This document shows, piece after piece, positions 1 through 9,449 of a stretch of DNA of 64,000 bases. The notes under the pieces were generated by a model. The model searched no databases and was not told the DNA's origin. It saw nothing but the letters and a program-made list of their open reading frames with translations. How positions within the stretch are numbered: the stretch's first letter is position 1; every line of letters starts with the position of its first letter. The position numbers and the translations under genes were made by a program. This DNA comes from an uncultured Candidatus Binatia bacterium (lineage in GTDB: Bacteria > Desulfobacterota > Binatia > UBA9968 > JAJDTQ01): positions 3,584,001 to 3,648,000 of the forward strand of contig OZ251459.1 of the NCBI GenBank assembly GCA_965242525.1, written 5' to 3'.

Positions 1-96
1 GTCCCGCAGGTAGTGCACCAGCAACAGGCGGGGCTCCACCTCGTCCGTCCGGCTGGCGCCGTTGACCTGAACCTCGAGTTTGGCCGTTTTCGTCAT
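1..96 (-). CDS. (2Fe-2S)-binding small subunit, CoxS/xanthine dehydrogenase family (runs off window edge)
   Basis: Manual translation from ATG at 96: MTKTAKLEVQVNGASRTDEVEPRLLLVHYLRD, a typical CoxS/CutS N-terminus (VNG...VEPR.LL..YLRD). Confidence 0.8.
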   Translation of the reverse strand, partial: MTKTAKLEVQVNGASRTDEVEPRLLLVHYLRD

Positions 97-211
97 GGTC
101 CCTCATCCTCGCTGGCCTGAAAATATACCCCGCGCAACCCCAGGTCAACAGGATTTTTTGGGCGTTTCCGACTTTCGCCGGGAAGCGCCAAAAAACGGAT
201 CGGGTGTTCCT

Positions 212-1024
212 TCAGCGGAACTCGCACAGGATCGGGAGGTGGTCGCTCAGCTTCGGAGTCGGGCCGAACACCATCTCACGACTCAGAACCCGCGACCCGG
301 TCAGGCGGTCGAGCATGGGCGCGTTCACGTAGCAGTAGTCGATCTGGTGTTCGATGATCCCGCGCGAGTGCCGAAACGTCGGTACGGGTTCCCCGTGGAA
401 GTGGCTGAGGCAATCCGTCAGGCCTGCGGCGTGCATCCTCTCCACGACTTCCCGGTTTCCTCTGTCCTTCGGGTAATCGAACTTGACCGAGCTGTTGAAG
501 TCGCCGCTGACGATCCAGTTGGCATCGTCGGCGATGTCCGCGTTCCGAAGCAGGGACCACAGGACTTCCGTGAACCAGACACGTGGGTTGTTCTTCAGCT
601 TGATGCGCGATACATCGACGCCTGTCAGGGCTTCCTCTGGAACGGGAAAGTGCGGCAGGAGAACCGAGACCACACGATACCGCACTCCTTCGCCATCGAT
701 GACTTCACATTCGAGGATCCTTCCCACGCGCTCGGAGTGGATTCTGTTGACCCATTCGATCTCGGAGGTCAGGTACCGTTTCTCGACGATCTCCCACTTG
801 GAGAGGACTACGGTCTGGCCTTCCGAATGGCAGTTGTAGCTGGCCAGGATCCAGTCAGGTATCTTGCCCACTTCCTGAAGCATGGCGATGTCCGGATCTT
901 CGCCATGCAAAGTCCTCCAAAGACCGGAACGCAAGTCTCCGGCCCGGTTGACGTTCCACGTGAGCGTCTTCACCCGGGCTGGAGTAGCGCGGCCCGGCGA
1001 GGTCTTGGCCATGGCAACGCCCAT
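212..1024 (-). CDS. Endonuclease/exonuclease/phosphatase (EEP) family protein
   Basis: Motifs LTWNV, DIAMLQEV, SGDFNS, QIDY, SDHLP; start may be the ATG at 1012. Confidence 0.85.
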   Translation of the reverse strand: MGVAMAKTSPGRATPARVKTLTWNVNRAGDLRSGLWRTLHGEDPDIAMLQEVGKIPDWILASYNCHSEGQTVVLSKWEIVEKRYLTSEIEWVNRIHSERVGRILECEVIDGEGVRYRVVSVLLPHFPVPEEALTGVDVSRIKLKNNPRVWFTEVLWSLLRNADIADDANWIVSGDFNSSVKFDYPKDRGNREVVERMHAAGLTDCLSHFHGEPVPTFRHSRGIIEHQIDYCYVNAPMLDRLTGSRVLSREMVFGPTPKLSDHLPILCEFR

Positions 1025-1035
1025 CCCTTGTGTGG

Positions 1036-1398
1036 TTAACCGCCCAAGTCATCGACGTCGAGCTTCAGCAGTTCGGCAATGCGTTCGAGCGCCTGGCGTG
1101 ACGGTTTCTTTCCGTCCTCGATGTCCGACAGGCAGGCGGCGGAGACACCCGCAGCATCGGCCAACTCGCCGACCCCCATACCACGGTACTCCCGCCAGAC
1201 CCGAACCGGGTTTTCGCCATTGATGAGCCTGTCCACGACTTCGCCCGGCACGAACTCTTGGTCGGGCTCGTCGAACACCCGCTGAAGCGCAGCGGAGTCC
1301 GCCGCATCCTCGATGGCGCACAACGTGTCATACTCGACAAGCGGGATGACGGCGTATTCCTCGTCGGCGATGGTGATGGTCTTTGGTTTGGCGGTCAT
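1036..1398 (-). CDS. XRE-family HTH antitoxin (HigA-like)
   Basis: ENPVRVWREYRGMGVGELADAAGVSAACLSDIEDGK HTH; overlaps the toxin stop (ATGA). Confidence 0.85.
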   Translation of the reverse strand: MTAKPKTITIADEEYAVIPLVEYDTLCAIEDAADSAALQRVFDEPDQEFVPGEVVDRLINGENPVRVWREYRGMGVGELADAAGVSAACLSDIEDGKKPSRQALERIAELLKLDVDDLGG

Positions 1399-1649
1399 CG
1401 GTATGCACTCCCACGAGGCTCTATCAGACCAACCATGAGGGTCCTGGTCCTGGCGTCAAGTCGGTACAGTACCCGCCAGTCGCCAACACGCAGCCGGTAA
1501 CCGCCGCCTTGCAGTTGCGCGGCGTTGTTGTCAGGCGCGAATGGGTCCACCGCCAGCGCATCGATCTTGGCCTTTATGGTCCTGGCAGTGTTGGCGGGCA
1601 TTCTCTCCAGCCGACGACGAGCCCCTTTGGAAAAGACAGTATGGAACAT
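1395..1649 (-). CDS. RelE/ParE-family toxin
   Basis: Start trimmed to MFHTVFSKGARRRL; YRLRVGDWRVLY and PRGSAY motifs. Confidence 0.85.
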   Translation of the reverse strand: MFHTVFSKGARRRLERMPANTARTIKAKIDALAVDPFAPDNNAAQLQGGGYRLRVGDWRVLYRLDARTRTLMVGLIEPRGSAYR

Positions 1650-1815
1650 ACCGCGGCGAATTTCCTGTTCGCCATCGAAGTCAACCAAGAAAAACGGTAC
1701 ACCGTAACCCGCCCTTCCGCAAGCCTGCTCGACCGACTCCTCGCACGGCGCGGCCAATTCTGGTACAGGTCGTGGGGACCGTCCGCAAGCGCCTTCACGC
1801 ATCCGGCCCGATACC

Positions 1816-2832
1816 ATGCAGCCGCGGCTGACCCTATCCTGTGGCGAATACCGGCGCACGCGCCCGTTGCTGGACGGGCGCGTCACCGTGGCGGGCTACG
1901 ACGTGGAAGTCGTGCCGGACCCGTTCCCGTCCACCGGCGTCCTCGGTGACTACCAGTATCCGCGAACGCTGCGGATGCTGGACCACAAGGCGTTCGACAT
2001 CTGCGAGATGGGCATGGCGCCCTACGTGACGGCGCGCTCGCAGGGCGTTCCACTGGCGGCCATCCCGGTCTTCCATTACCGCCGCTTCCGGCATCCCTAC
2101 ATCTTCTGCCGCGGGGGTTCGGGCATCGAGACTCCCGCGGACCTGGCCGGTCGGCGCGTGGGCGTGCGGCGCCTCAACCTGAGCGCGGGGGTGTGGGCGC
2201 GGGCGTTGCTCCAGCACGACTACGGAGTGGATCTGAACGAGGTCACCTGGGTGGTGACGGTGGACGTGCCGCTGCGCGACGAGGTCCGCAACGGCCTGAA
2301 ACTGGAGGTGGTGCGCCCCGGCGAGGGTCTGGAGGAGCTACTCGTCCGGGGCGACATCGACGCCATGATCGAGGCGTCCGCCCTGGGCGCGTCGGCGCGA
2401 GCGGCGGCCGGCGTGCACCGGTTGCTGGGTGAGGACACGCGCCAAGCCGAGGCGGACTACTATGCGCGCACCGGCTACTTCCCCATCATGCACACCATCG
2501 CCCTGTGGCAGGACGCAGCCGCACGGCACGAGGGCCTGTGCCAAGCCCTGCACGACGCCTTCCTTCGCGCCAAAGCCGCGGGCAACCGCGCCGGCGAGCC
2601 GCGGGCGCGCTACGTCCTGGCGCTGGAAGAGGAAGAGTGGTGGCAGTCCCTCACCGCGGAGCAGACGGAGACCCTGTGCGGCGGCCCGGGGCGCCCCGCG
2701 GACCCCTGGAGCTACTCCCTGGACGAAGACGGGAGGACGGTGGAGGCGTTCCTCGACTACGCTTACGAGCAGGGCCTGACGCCGGAGCGCTATCGGACGG
2801 CCGACCTGTTCGTCCAGCCGGGGAAAGCGTAA
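1816..2832 (+). CDS. 4,5-dihydroxyphthalate decarboxylase-like protein (periplasmic-binding-protein fold)
   Basis: LTLSCGEYRRTRPLLDGRV, FDICEMGM, IPVF..RRFRH, FPIMHT, YAYEQGL. Confidence 0.75.
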   Translation: MQPRLTLSCGEYRRTRPLLDGRVTVAGYDVEVVPDPFPSTGVLGDYQYPRTLRMLDHKAFDICEMGMAPYVTARSQGVPLAAIPVFHYRRFRHPYIFCRGGSGIETPADLAGRRVGVRRLNLSAGVWARALLQHDYGVDLNEVTWVVTVDVPLRDEVRNGLKLEVVRPGEGLEELLVRGDIDAMIEASALGASARAAAGVHRLLGEDTRQAEADYYARTGYFPIMHTIALWQDAAARHEGLCQALHDAFLRAKAAGNRAGEPRARYVLALEEEEWWQSLTAEQTETLCGGPGRPADPWSYSLDEDGRTVEAFLDYAYEQGLTPERYRTADLFVQPGKA

Positions 2833-3000
2833 GGAACCTCTGAACAATCCAGACAGGGGGCATGAGCGCGTCCTTCGACTTCGCTTCGCTACGCTCAGGA
2901 TGAATGGGGGGACTTCGCTTCGCTACGCTCAGGACGAACAGGGATGGGGGCGTCAGGGTGAGGGAATCCATCCCGGATGTCTCGATTGTTCAGAGGTTCC
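2833..3000 (+). mobile_element. Family B MITE (IS5-like TIRs) with 4-bp TSD GTAA
   Basis: GGAACCTCTGAACAATC ... GATTGTTCAGAGGTTCC perfect 17-bp inverted ends; GTAA at 2829-2832 and 3001-3004; internal CGTCCTTCGACTTCGC..CTCAGGA palindrome. Confidence 0.85.
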
Positions 3001-3143
3001 GTAAGAGGCGGCGCAGTACCCGGGACCGCGGCGCCGGAGCCCGGGCGCCTGTCCGGATCGGCGAACCGCGGCGAGAGACAGGGAAGGGGACCGATACCCC
3101 GGGAGAAACGCTTTCCCGGACAAGCGCGTTCCCGGACAGGCTC

Positions 3144-3620
3144 CTATGCGGGGCTTTCGTCCCATTCCACCGGGTCGCCCACGCGGATCATGCCGCCGGT
3201 GAGCACCTGCGCCCGCAGGCCGCCCCGGTGGACCAGCCCCCGCAGCACGTCCTTGCCCGTCAGCCTGGCGAGGTTGGCGCACGGCTCGCACAGCCGAAGC
3301 CCCCGCAGCTTCACGGCGCCCACCGTGAACTCCCGCTGCACCAGATGGTTCAGTGGAACTCCGCGGGTGGTCACGTTGCGGCGGCTGTCCTTGGAGTCCA
3401 GCGCCGTACCGTAGTCCCGCTCCATGGCCTCCACCGCCTCGGCCTCGATGAGCGTCACCTCCCGGTCCGGACCCGGGTTGTGCGAGTAGCTGCCCGCCTC
3501 GTTGCAGTAGCGGTCCCCTTCGAGCCCCTTGCCCTCCACCGCCCGGACTTCCGGAAGGTTCTGCATGGCGCCCTTGGCGTCCGGCGCGACTTGTATCGAC
3601 ACGACCGATCCTTTCGGCAT
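3144..3620 (-). CDS. MOSC domain protein
   Basis: GLEGDRY, REVTLIE, RRNVTTRG, LCEPC, HRGGLRA, IRVGD. Confidence 0.85.
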   Translation of the reverse strand: MPKGSVVSIQVAPDAKGAMQNLPEVRAVEGKGLEGDRYCNEAGSYSHNPGPDREVTLIEAEAVEAMERDYGTALDSKDSRRNVTTRGVPLNHLVQREFTVGAVKLRGLRLCEPCANLARLTGKDVLRGLVHRGGLRAQVLTGGMIRVGDPVEWDESPA

Positions 3621-3663
3621 GATCTCTCCTTTAGGTTAGGACCTTTTGCGGAGACACGGTTAC

Positions 3664-3778
3664 GGAAACTCCGAACAACCACCCCGTTCGTCCTGAGCGT
3701 AGCGAAGCGAAGTCGAAGGACGCGCTTATCGCCCTGCCCACACCGTGAGACTCTGCCCACAAGGAAGCCGGAAGAGCC
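3664..3778. repeat. Composite repeat: family B end and palindrome joined to a family A terminal
   Basis: GGAAACTCCGAACAACC; CCGTTCGTCCTGAGCGTAGCGAAGCGAAGTCGAAGGACG (3684-3722); CCCACAAGGAAGCCGGAAGAGCC (3756-3778). Confidence 0.75.
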
Positions 3779-3825
3779 CATCTACCAAGCTCCATATGGG
3801 CATGGCGCCGCCCCCTGGATTAGGC

Positions 3826-4062
3826 CTAACGCACGCTTGTGCGGTCGGTCGTCGTCGTGATCGGCGGTTCCCTCGTTGCCGAACGATAGGCGTCCAGCCC
3901 GCGGTCGGCCTTTTGCCAGTCTCGGTAAACTTCCATGAACTCCCGCACGCCCGGACGCGCCAGCGCGGCTTTCAGCATGGCGTCCCTTTGTTGTACGCGT
4001 GTTTTTTTCGCCGTGCGCTTCTCGTCCGTCTTCTTCGTACCCCTAACCCTTGCTGTCGCCAT
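3826..4062 (-). CDS. Small hypothetical protein (78 aa)
   Basis: MATARVRGTKK...ARPGVREFMEVY...; AGGAG upstream; flanked by repeats. Confidence 0.55.
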   Translation of the reverse strand: MATARVRGTKKTDEKRTAKKTRVQQRDAMLKAALARPGVREFMEVYRDWQKADRGLDAYRSATREPPITTTTDRTSVR

Positions 4063-4113
4063 CACTCGTTTTCTCCTGTGGGCCGTCCCCGCACGACCCT
4101 TCGTCCGTTCTCG

Positions 4114-4248
4114 GGAACCTCTGAACAATCGGGGCAGAGAGCATGAGAGCGTCCTTCGACTTCGCTTCGCTCAGGACGAACGGGAACAGGAGCGTCAGGG
4201 TGAGGGATCGGGAATGCATCCCGGATGTCTCGATCGTCCAGAAGTTCC
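4114..4248 (+). mobile_element. Family B MITE
   Basis: GGAACCTCTGAACAATC ... GATCGTCCAGAAGTTCC; TCTCG directly flanks both ends. Confidence 0.8.
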
Positions 4249-4268
4249 TCTCGTTTACTCAGACGTTC

Positions 4269-5378
4269 CTACAGCCGATCCTCCAGCCAGTCGAGCATGT
4301 AGGGCACGTTGTGGGCCCAGTAGTCGTGGCTGCAATGGATGGCGCCGCCGCGGGCCGCGTCGTCGTAGATCTTGAGGGTCTTGTCCTTGCTGCCGATCTC
4401 GTCGAAGAGGCGTCTGGCGCCGTTCACGTCCATCAGGCGGTCGTTGGCGCCGTGGGTGATCAGCGTGGGACAGGTGACGTTTCCGGCGACCCCTTGCATG
4501 GTGAAGTCCCTGAGGCGCTCCCGGGCGGTCTCGTCGCTCACTCCTCCCAGGAGCCGTCGGACCACCGGTTGGAGGTGCTCGCAGAATAGGTAGAGGTCGT
4601 CGAGCACGCTGTAGCAGCCACTCCAGGCCACCAGCGCCTTGATGCGCGGGTCGAAGGCCGCGGCCCGGGGCGCGTAGTAGCCGGCCATGCTGATGCCCAT
4701 GAGGGCCATGCGATCGGGGTCCACCTCCGGTCGGGACGCCAAGTAGTCGATGCAGGCCCTGGCGGGGACCTCGTAGTTCGCCCGGGTCGGGATCCCCTTG
4801 ACGTACATGGACGATCCTCGTCCCGGCGTGTCCACCAGCAGCAGCGCCCAGCCGTACTCCAGCACCTGCCGGCCGCTGAAGAAGATCTCCTCGGCGAAGG
4901 CGTCGGCGCCCCCGATGAGGAAGACCGCGGGCCACTTGCCCGGCGCCGGGTTCCTGGGGTGGCAGAAATAGCCGTCGTACTCCTCGTCGCCGCAACGGAC
5001 GCTCATGACCTCGATGGGAGGGTCGTGGAGCGCCGCGGCCGCTCGGAAGCACTCCTGCGACTTCCGGAACCGCTGCGCCTTGACGTCGTTCTCCGCGATG
5101 GTCAGGAACACGTCCGACATGCGGAAGTACTGGTTGGCGTGGAAGAAGAACTGCCGGGCCGTGCGCTCATGGCCCGCGGCCAGCGCTTCCCTGGCCCTGG
5201 CCTCGGTCTCGCGGGCCAGACCGAGCCACGCATCCTGCCACGCGCCCTTGTCGCCGGGGTCGAGGCCCCGGCACAGGCGCGCGATGTCGAACGCGTCGCC
5301 GCCCCCCTGCTGGGCTTCGGCCACGAGCCGAAGCGTCTGGGAGCCCATGACCTCGGTGGGAAAGAAGAAGTCGATCAT
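4269..5378 (-). CDS. Alpha/beta hydrolase (FrsA / dihydropseudooxynicotine hydrolase-like)
   Basis: GGAD...EE, DTPGRG, GISMAGYYAPRAAA nucleophile elbow, C-terminal HC. Confidence 0.8.
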   Translation of the reverse strand: MIDFFFPTEVMGSQTLRLVAEAQQGGGDAFDIARLCRGLDPGDKGAWQDAWLGLARETEARAREALAAGHERTARQFFFHANQYFRMSDVFLTIAENDVKAQRFRKSQECFRAAAALHDPPIEVMSVRCGDEEYDGYFCHPRNPAPGKWPAVFLIGGADAFAEEIFFSGRQVLEYGWALLLVDTPGRGSSMYVKGIPTRANYEVPARACIDYLASRPEVDPDRMALMGISMAGYYAPRAAAFDPRIKALVAWSGCYSVLDDLYLFCEHLQPVVRRLLGGVSDETARERLRDFTMQGVAGNVTCPTLITHGANDRLMDVNGARRLFDEIGSKDKTLKIYDDAARGGAIHCSHDYWAHNVPYMLDWLEDRL

Positions 5379-5397
5379 GCAACCGCTCCGCGGCCGC

Positions 5398-6384
5398 CTA
5401 CGGCAGCGAGTAGAGCCGCCGGGCGTTGCCCTCTGTGATGTTGTAACGGTCCTCGGCGCTGAGACCTTCGACGGACTCGAAGATCGGTACTACTTCCTCG
5501 AAGTTGCGCCCGGTCTGCGGGTCCGTGGCGTTCACCGCGCCGAACATCTCGGTGGCGAACAGCACCCGGTCGGACCCCACCCGCTCGATGAGCAACTCCA
5601 TGCCCTCGGCGTCGTAGATGGCCATGTCCCAATAGACCCGTCGGGCCGCCTCCTCGAAGGGCTCCAGCCCCTCCTTCACGTGCATGCCCCGGTGGCGGTT
5701 CCACTGGTACGGCACCGCGCCGCCGCCGTGGGGGATGACGAGCTTGAGCCTGGGGAAGTCCCGGAACACCCGCGAACTCAGCAACTCCACCGCGGCGTTG
5801 TGGTGGTGCCCGATGTAGTAGGAGCTGGTCAGGTGCATGGCCGGGTTCAGGGACGCGCTGGCGTGGACGGTCCCCGGTATGTCCAGCTCCACCATCTTCT
5901 CCCACAGCGGGTACCACCACTCGTGGGCGAGGGACGGCGTCCACGGCTCCCGGCCGCCGCACAGGTCCGGGTTGATGTTGCAGGCGATGAAGCCCTGCTC
6001 CCTGACGCAGCGCTCCAACTCCTCCACCCAACTTTCGGGGCCCACCCCCGGCGACTGGGGGAGCTGGCACACGGGCGAGACCTTGTCCGGCCACAGCCTG
6101 GCGATGCGGGCGATGAGGTCGTTGCACGCCTCGCTCCAGTAACGGCTGACGAGTTCCGACCCGAAATGGTGGCCCATGGCCGAGGCCTGGGGCGAGAACA
6201 GCAGCCGGTCGATGCCGGTGTCGGCCATCCTCTCGAACTGCGGCCGCATGGACTGCTCGAGCTCCTCGTCGCTGATGTTGAGCTTCGCGGGCGCCGGCCG
6301 CGCCTGGTTGATGATCTGCCGCGCGCGAAAGGACTGGAGCTTTGCGGGCGCCGTCGTGTAGTGTGCGTGAGCGTCGATGATCAC
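5398..6384 (-). CDS. Amidohydrolase, LigJ (4-oxalomesaconate hydratase)-like
   Basis: MIIDAHAHYTTAP, SPQASAMGHH, CQLPQSPG, PHGGGAVPY, LFATEMFGAV. Confidence 0.8.
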   Translation of the reverse strand: MIIDAHAHYTTAPAKLQSFRARQIINQARPAPAKLNISDEELEQSMRPQFERMADTGIDRLLFSPQASAMGHHFGSELVSRYWSEACNDLIARIARLWPDKVSPVCQLPQSPGVGPESWVEELERCVREQGFIACNINPDLCGGREPWTPSLAHEWWYPLWEKMVELDIPGTVHASASLNPAMHLTSSYYIGHHHNAAVELLSSRVFRDFPRLKLVIPHGGGAVPYQWNRHRGMHVKEGLEPFEEAARRVYWDMAIYDAEGMELLIERVGSDRVLFATEMFGAVNATDPQTGRNFEEVVPIFESVEGLSAEDRYNITEGNARRLYSLP

Positions 6385-6497
6385 GGTGCAACCCCCCGGC
6401 GAGTGTGCGCGTAGTCTAGCAAAGCCCGGCAGGACAGGCTATAGCCTTGGGCCGGACCCTGTCTTCCGAAACCCCAACCCCGGCCAAGGAGCGACTC

Positions 6498-7361
6498 ATG
6501 GCGGAGATCCCGCGTCTCAACGGTGTCATCAAGGCGCTGGAGGAAGGCGGCACGGCCTTCGTGAGCTTCACCTCCATCGACGTGGAGAGCGCCATCGCCA
6601 TGGCGGGCTCCCCCCTCGACGGCGTGGCCTTCGAGATGGAGCATGCGCCCCTGGACATGCCGGGGCTGCGGCACGCCTTGCAGTACATGCTGGACCGGAG
6701 GCAGATCGTGGACCGGGGCACCCTCGCCCCCGCGGTGACGCCCATGGTGCGGATCCCGCCCAACGGCAACGAGATGAACCAGTGGCTGGCCAAGCAGGCG
6801 CTGGACCTGGGCGTGTTCGGCATCATCTTCCCCCACGTCAGTTCGGTGGAGGAGGCGCGCAACGCGGTGTCCGCCTGCCGCTACCCGCGGCTTCCGTCCG
6901 CCCCGAACTACGACCCTCCGGGCATCCGCGGCGACGCCCCCACCCGGGCCGCCCGTTACTGGGGGCTCCGGCAGCAGGAATACTACCGGCGCGCGGACGT
7001 GTGGCCGCTGGCCCCCGACGGCGAGGTCCTGGTGGTGATCCAGTGCGAGGAGGTCCGCGCCATCGAGAACCTGCCGGCCATGCTCGGGGAGGTCCCGGGC
7101 ATCGGGGTGGTGCTCATCGGCGAAGGGGACCTGAGCCAGGAGTTGGGCCATCCCCGGGACTACGACCATCCGGTGGTGGCCGACCACATCAACCGGATAC
7201 TCGACATCTGCAAGGAGCACGGCGTGCCCTGCGGTCATCCGCATCCGAGCGCCGACAACCTGGAACGGCTGGTGGCCGCGGGCTACCGCTTCCTCATGCC
7301 GAGCGCGCCGCGTTCCTTCGCGCTGCTCCACCGGGCGCGGGAGCTCACCGGACGCGGCTGA
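6498..7361 (+). CDS. HpcH/HpaI aldolase family protein
   Basis: AAGGAG RBS; MAEIPRLNG, FEMEH, KQALDLG, IGEGDLSQELG. Confidence 0.85.
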   Translation: MAEIPRLNGVIKALEEGGTAFVSFTSIDVESAIAMAGSPLDGVAFEMEHAPLDMPGLRHALQYMLDRRQIVDRGTLAPAVTPMVRIPPNGNEMNQWLAKQALDLGVFGIIFPHVSSVEEARNAVSACRYPRLPSAPNYDPPGIRGDAPTRAARYWGLRQQEYYRRADVWPLAPDGEVLVVIQCEEVRAIENLPAMLGEVPGIGVVLIGEGDLSQELGHPRDYDHPVVADHINRILDICKEHGVPCGHPHPSADNLERLVAAGYRFLMPSAPRSFALLHRARELTGRG

Positions 7362-7393
7362 CGCATCACGCCAACGGAAAAAGGGCCGGAACC

Positions 7394-8023
7394 ATGAGCA
7401 CCGTGAAACTGGACCCGCCGGAGAGGCTCGCCATGAGCCTGGGGGAAGCCATGTTCACCCAGAGGGCCATCCGCAGGCTCAGGCCCGACCCGGTGAGCGA
7501 CGAAGACCTCGCGCTGCTGATGGACGCGGCGTCCAAGGCGCCCAACTCGCGCAACGAGCAGAACGCGCGGTTCCTGGTGGTGCGGGACCGGGAGCGGGTG
7601 CGCAGGTTCGGGGAGTTGTACCGGGAGGCGTGGTGGGCCAAGCAGCCCGCGGACTGGAAGCCCGAGGACGCTCCCCCGGGGGACCGGCACCTGGCGCCCA
7701 TGCGGTTGGCGGACGCCATGAAGGACGCGCCGGTGGTGGTGCTGGCCGTGTCCAAGGCCCCGGGACACGCAAGCTCCGTGCTTCCCGCGGTGCAGAACCT
7801 GATGCTGGCCGCCCGCGCCCTCGGCATCGGGTCGGTGCTGACCACCCTGCACCCGCGGGTCACCGAGCGGGTCCACGAATTGTTCCGGATCCCGCGGGAA
7901 GCCGAGGTCCATTGCTGCATCCCGCTGGGCTACCCCGAAGGCCGGTTCGGCGCCACCGCGCGCCGGCCCGCTTCGGAGACCACCTACTACGAGGAATGGG
8001 GCAACCCGCCGCCGTGGGAGTGA
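7394..8023 (+). CDS. Nitroreductase family protein
   Basis: TQRAIRRLRPDPV, KAPNSRNEQ, QNLMLAARALGIGS, IPLGYP. Confidence 0.85.
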   Translation: MSTVKLDPPERLAMSLGEAMFTQRAIRRLRPDPVSDEDLALLMDAASKAPNSRNEQNARFLVVRDRERVRRFGELYREAWWAKQPADWKPEDAPPGDRHLAPMRLADAMKDAPVVVLAVSKAPGHASSVLPAVQNLMLAARALGIGSVLTTLHPRVTERVHELFRIPREAEVHCCIPLGYPEGRFGATARRPASETTYYEEWGNPPPWE

Positions 8024-8136
8024 GCCGTGCGCCGTGCGGCGCGGTCGCCGCATGGATCCCGTGCCTCGGCCCCTGCACCGCGCCCTGCCCGGGGTGAGAG
8101 CGGTTGCATTCCGGCGCCATCCTTCAACCCTCCTCG

Positions 8137-8398
8137 GGAACGGCTGACCAATGCCGGGCCTCCCTTGGGGAAGCGCGTCCTTCGACTCCGCTTCGCTCAG
8201 GATGAACGGGGATGGTTGTGCCGCTCGGGACGAATGGGGATGGGAACCTCCGAACAATCGGGACAGGGGCATGAGCGCGTCCTTCGACTTCGCTACGCTA
8301 CGCTCAGGACGAACGGAGGGACTTCGCTACGCTACGCTCGGGATGAACGGGATGGTTGTGCCGATCAGAACGAACGGGGATGGTCGTCCAGACGTTCC
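8137..8398 (+). mobile_element. Tandem/degenerate family B elements
   Basis: Ends GGAACGGCTGACCAAT (8137) and GGAACCTCCGAACAATC (8243); several CTTCGCTACGCTCAGGACGAACGG units; end GTCGTCCAGACGTTCC (8398). Confidence 0.7.
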
Positions 8399-8400
8399 CC

Positions 8401-9420
8401 CTACAGCCCGTACAGGGCTCGCGCGTTGTCGCCGAGGATCTTGTCGATGACTCCGGCCGGGACCGAGCCTTCGCTGCGCAGCAGGCGCAGAGCCTCGATC
8501 TGGCTCGACGTGTCGTTGTGGCCGTAGTCGGTGCCGATGACCAGGTTGTCCTCGCCGGCGTCCCGGAGGACCGACGGGAGGTCGTCGGTGGTCTGGCAGG
8601 CCACGTACATGCGGTTCTCGGCCATGACGTTCTCCGGGACCGGCCTCCCGAGCTTCCGTAAGCGGAGCCGGAGGTCGTTGAGGGCATAGGGGACCCACTG
8701 GGCGCTGACCTCGACGAAGCCCCAGCGCAGCTTGGGGAAGAGGGCCGGCGTCCCTTCCATGAGCAGGGAGTGGAAGGTTCCCACCACCGGCAGCTTGAAC
8801 CGCGAGAAGCCGGTCTCCCCCTCGTAGAGGTCGTGTATGGCGGCGCTGTTGGTGCCGGCGTGGACGCAGACGGCGAGGTCCAGTTCGGAGGCCATGTCGT
8901 AGAGCGGGAACAGGTCGGGGTCGCTCAGGCGCTTCTCGTACTCCACCCCGCGCATGAAGACGCCGCAGGCGCCGTTGTCCCTGGCGAACCGCAGCTCGTC
9001 GCGCAGCGCGTCCGGGGAGAGCAGCGGCGGCATGGCGACCCATCGCAGGCGGCCCCGGCCCTTCTTCCATATCTCCGCCAGCCACCGGTTGTAGCTCTTG
9101 CACATGGCCAGCTCGGTGGGCCGGCTGTGGGTGTAGGGGCGCAGCATCAGCGTGGGGTAGAGCACCTGCACGTCCACCTCCAGCTCGTCCATGTGCCGGA
9201 TCCTGGCGTCGAGGTCGCGCATCTCGCGCTGGTCGACCGAGGTGTTGGCGCCGATGTTGTTGTTCTTGGGGTGCAACCGGTTGTCCACCACCCAGTACTC
9301 GACGCCGCCCTCCCGGGTGACCGGGAACGGTGCATGCTTGCGCTCGGCCTCGGCCATGAACTCCCAGGTGAAAGGCGTCTCGATCACGTGGGCGTCGGAA
9401 TCGATGGTTCTCGGGTTCAT
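8401..9420 (-). CDS. Amidohydrolase_2 family protein
   Basis: IDSDAHV, VQVLYPT, YNRWLAE, VCVH, GTDYGH. Confidence 0.85.
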   Translation of the reverse strand: MNPRTIDSDAHVIETPFTWEFMAEAERKHAPFPVTREGGVEYWVVDNRLHPKNNNIGANTSVDQREMRDLDARIRHMDELEVDVQVLYPTLMLRPYTHSRPTELAMCKSYNRWLAEIWKKGRGRLRWVAMPPLLSPDALRDELRFARDNGACGVFMRGVEYEKRLSDPDLFPLYDMASELDLAVCVHAGTNSAAIHDLYEGETGFSRFKLPVVGTFHSLLMEGTPALFPKLRWGFVEVSAQWVPYALNDLRLRLRKLGRPVPENVMAENRMYVACQTTDDLPSVLRDAGEDNLVIGTDYGHNDTSSQIEALRLLRSEGSVPAGVIDKILGDNARALYGL

Positions 9421-9449
9421 CGCGCTTCTCCGGTCCTGCGCCGCCGCGG

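Noticed and set aside
154-196. Rho-independent terminator
   Set aside because: The T-run precedes and the A-run follows the stem on both strands, the reverse of a terminator; it may be a collapsed pair of family A ends, but the evidence is too weak
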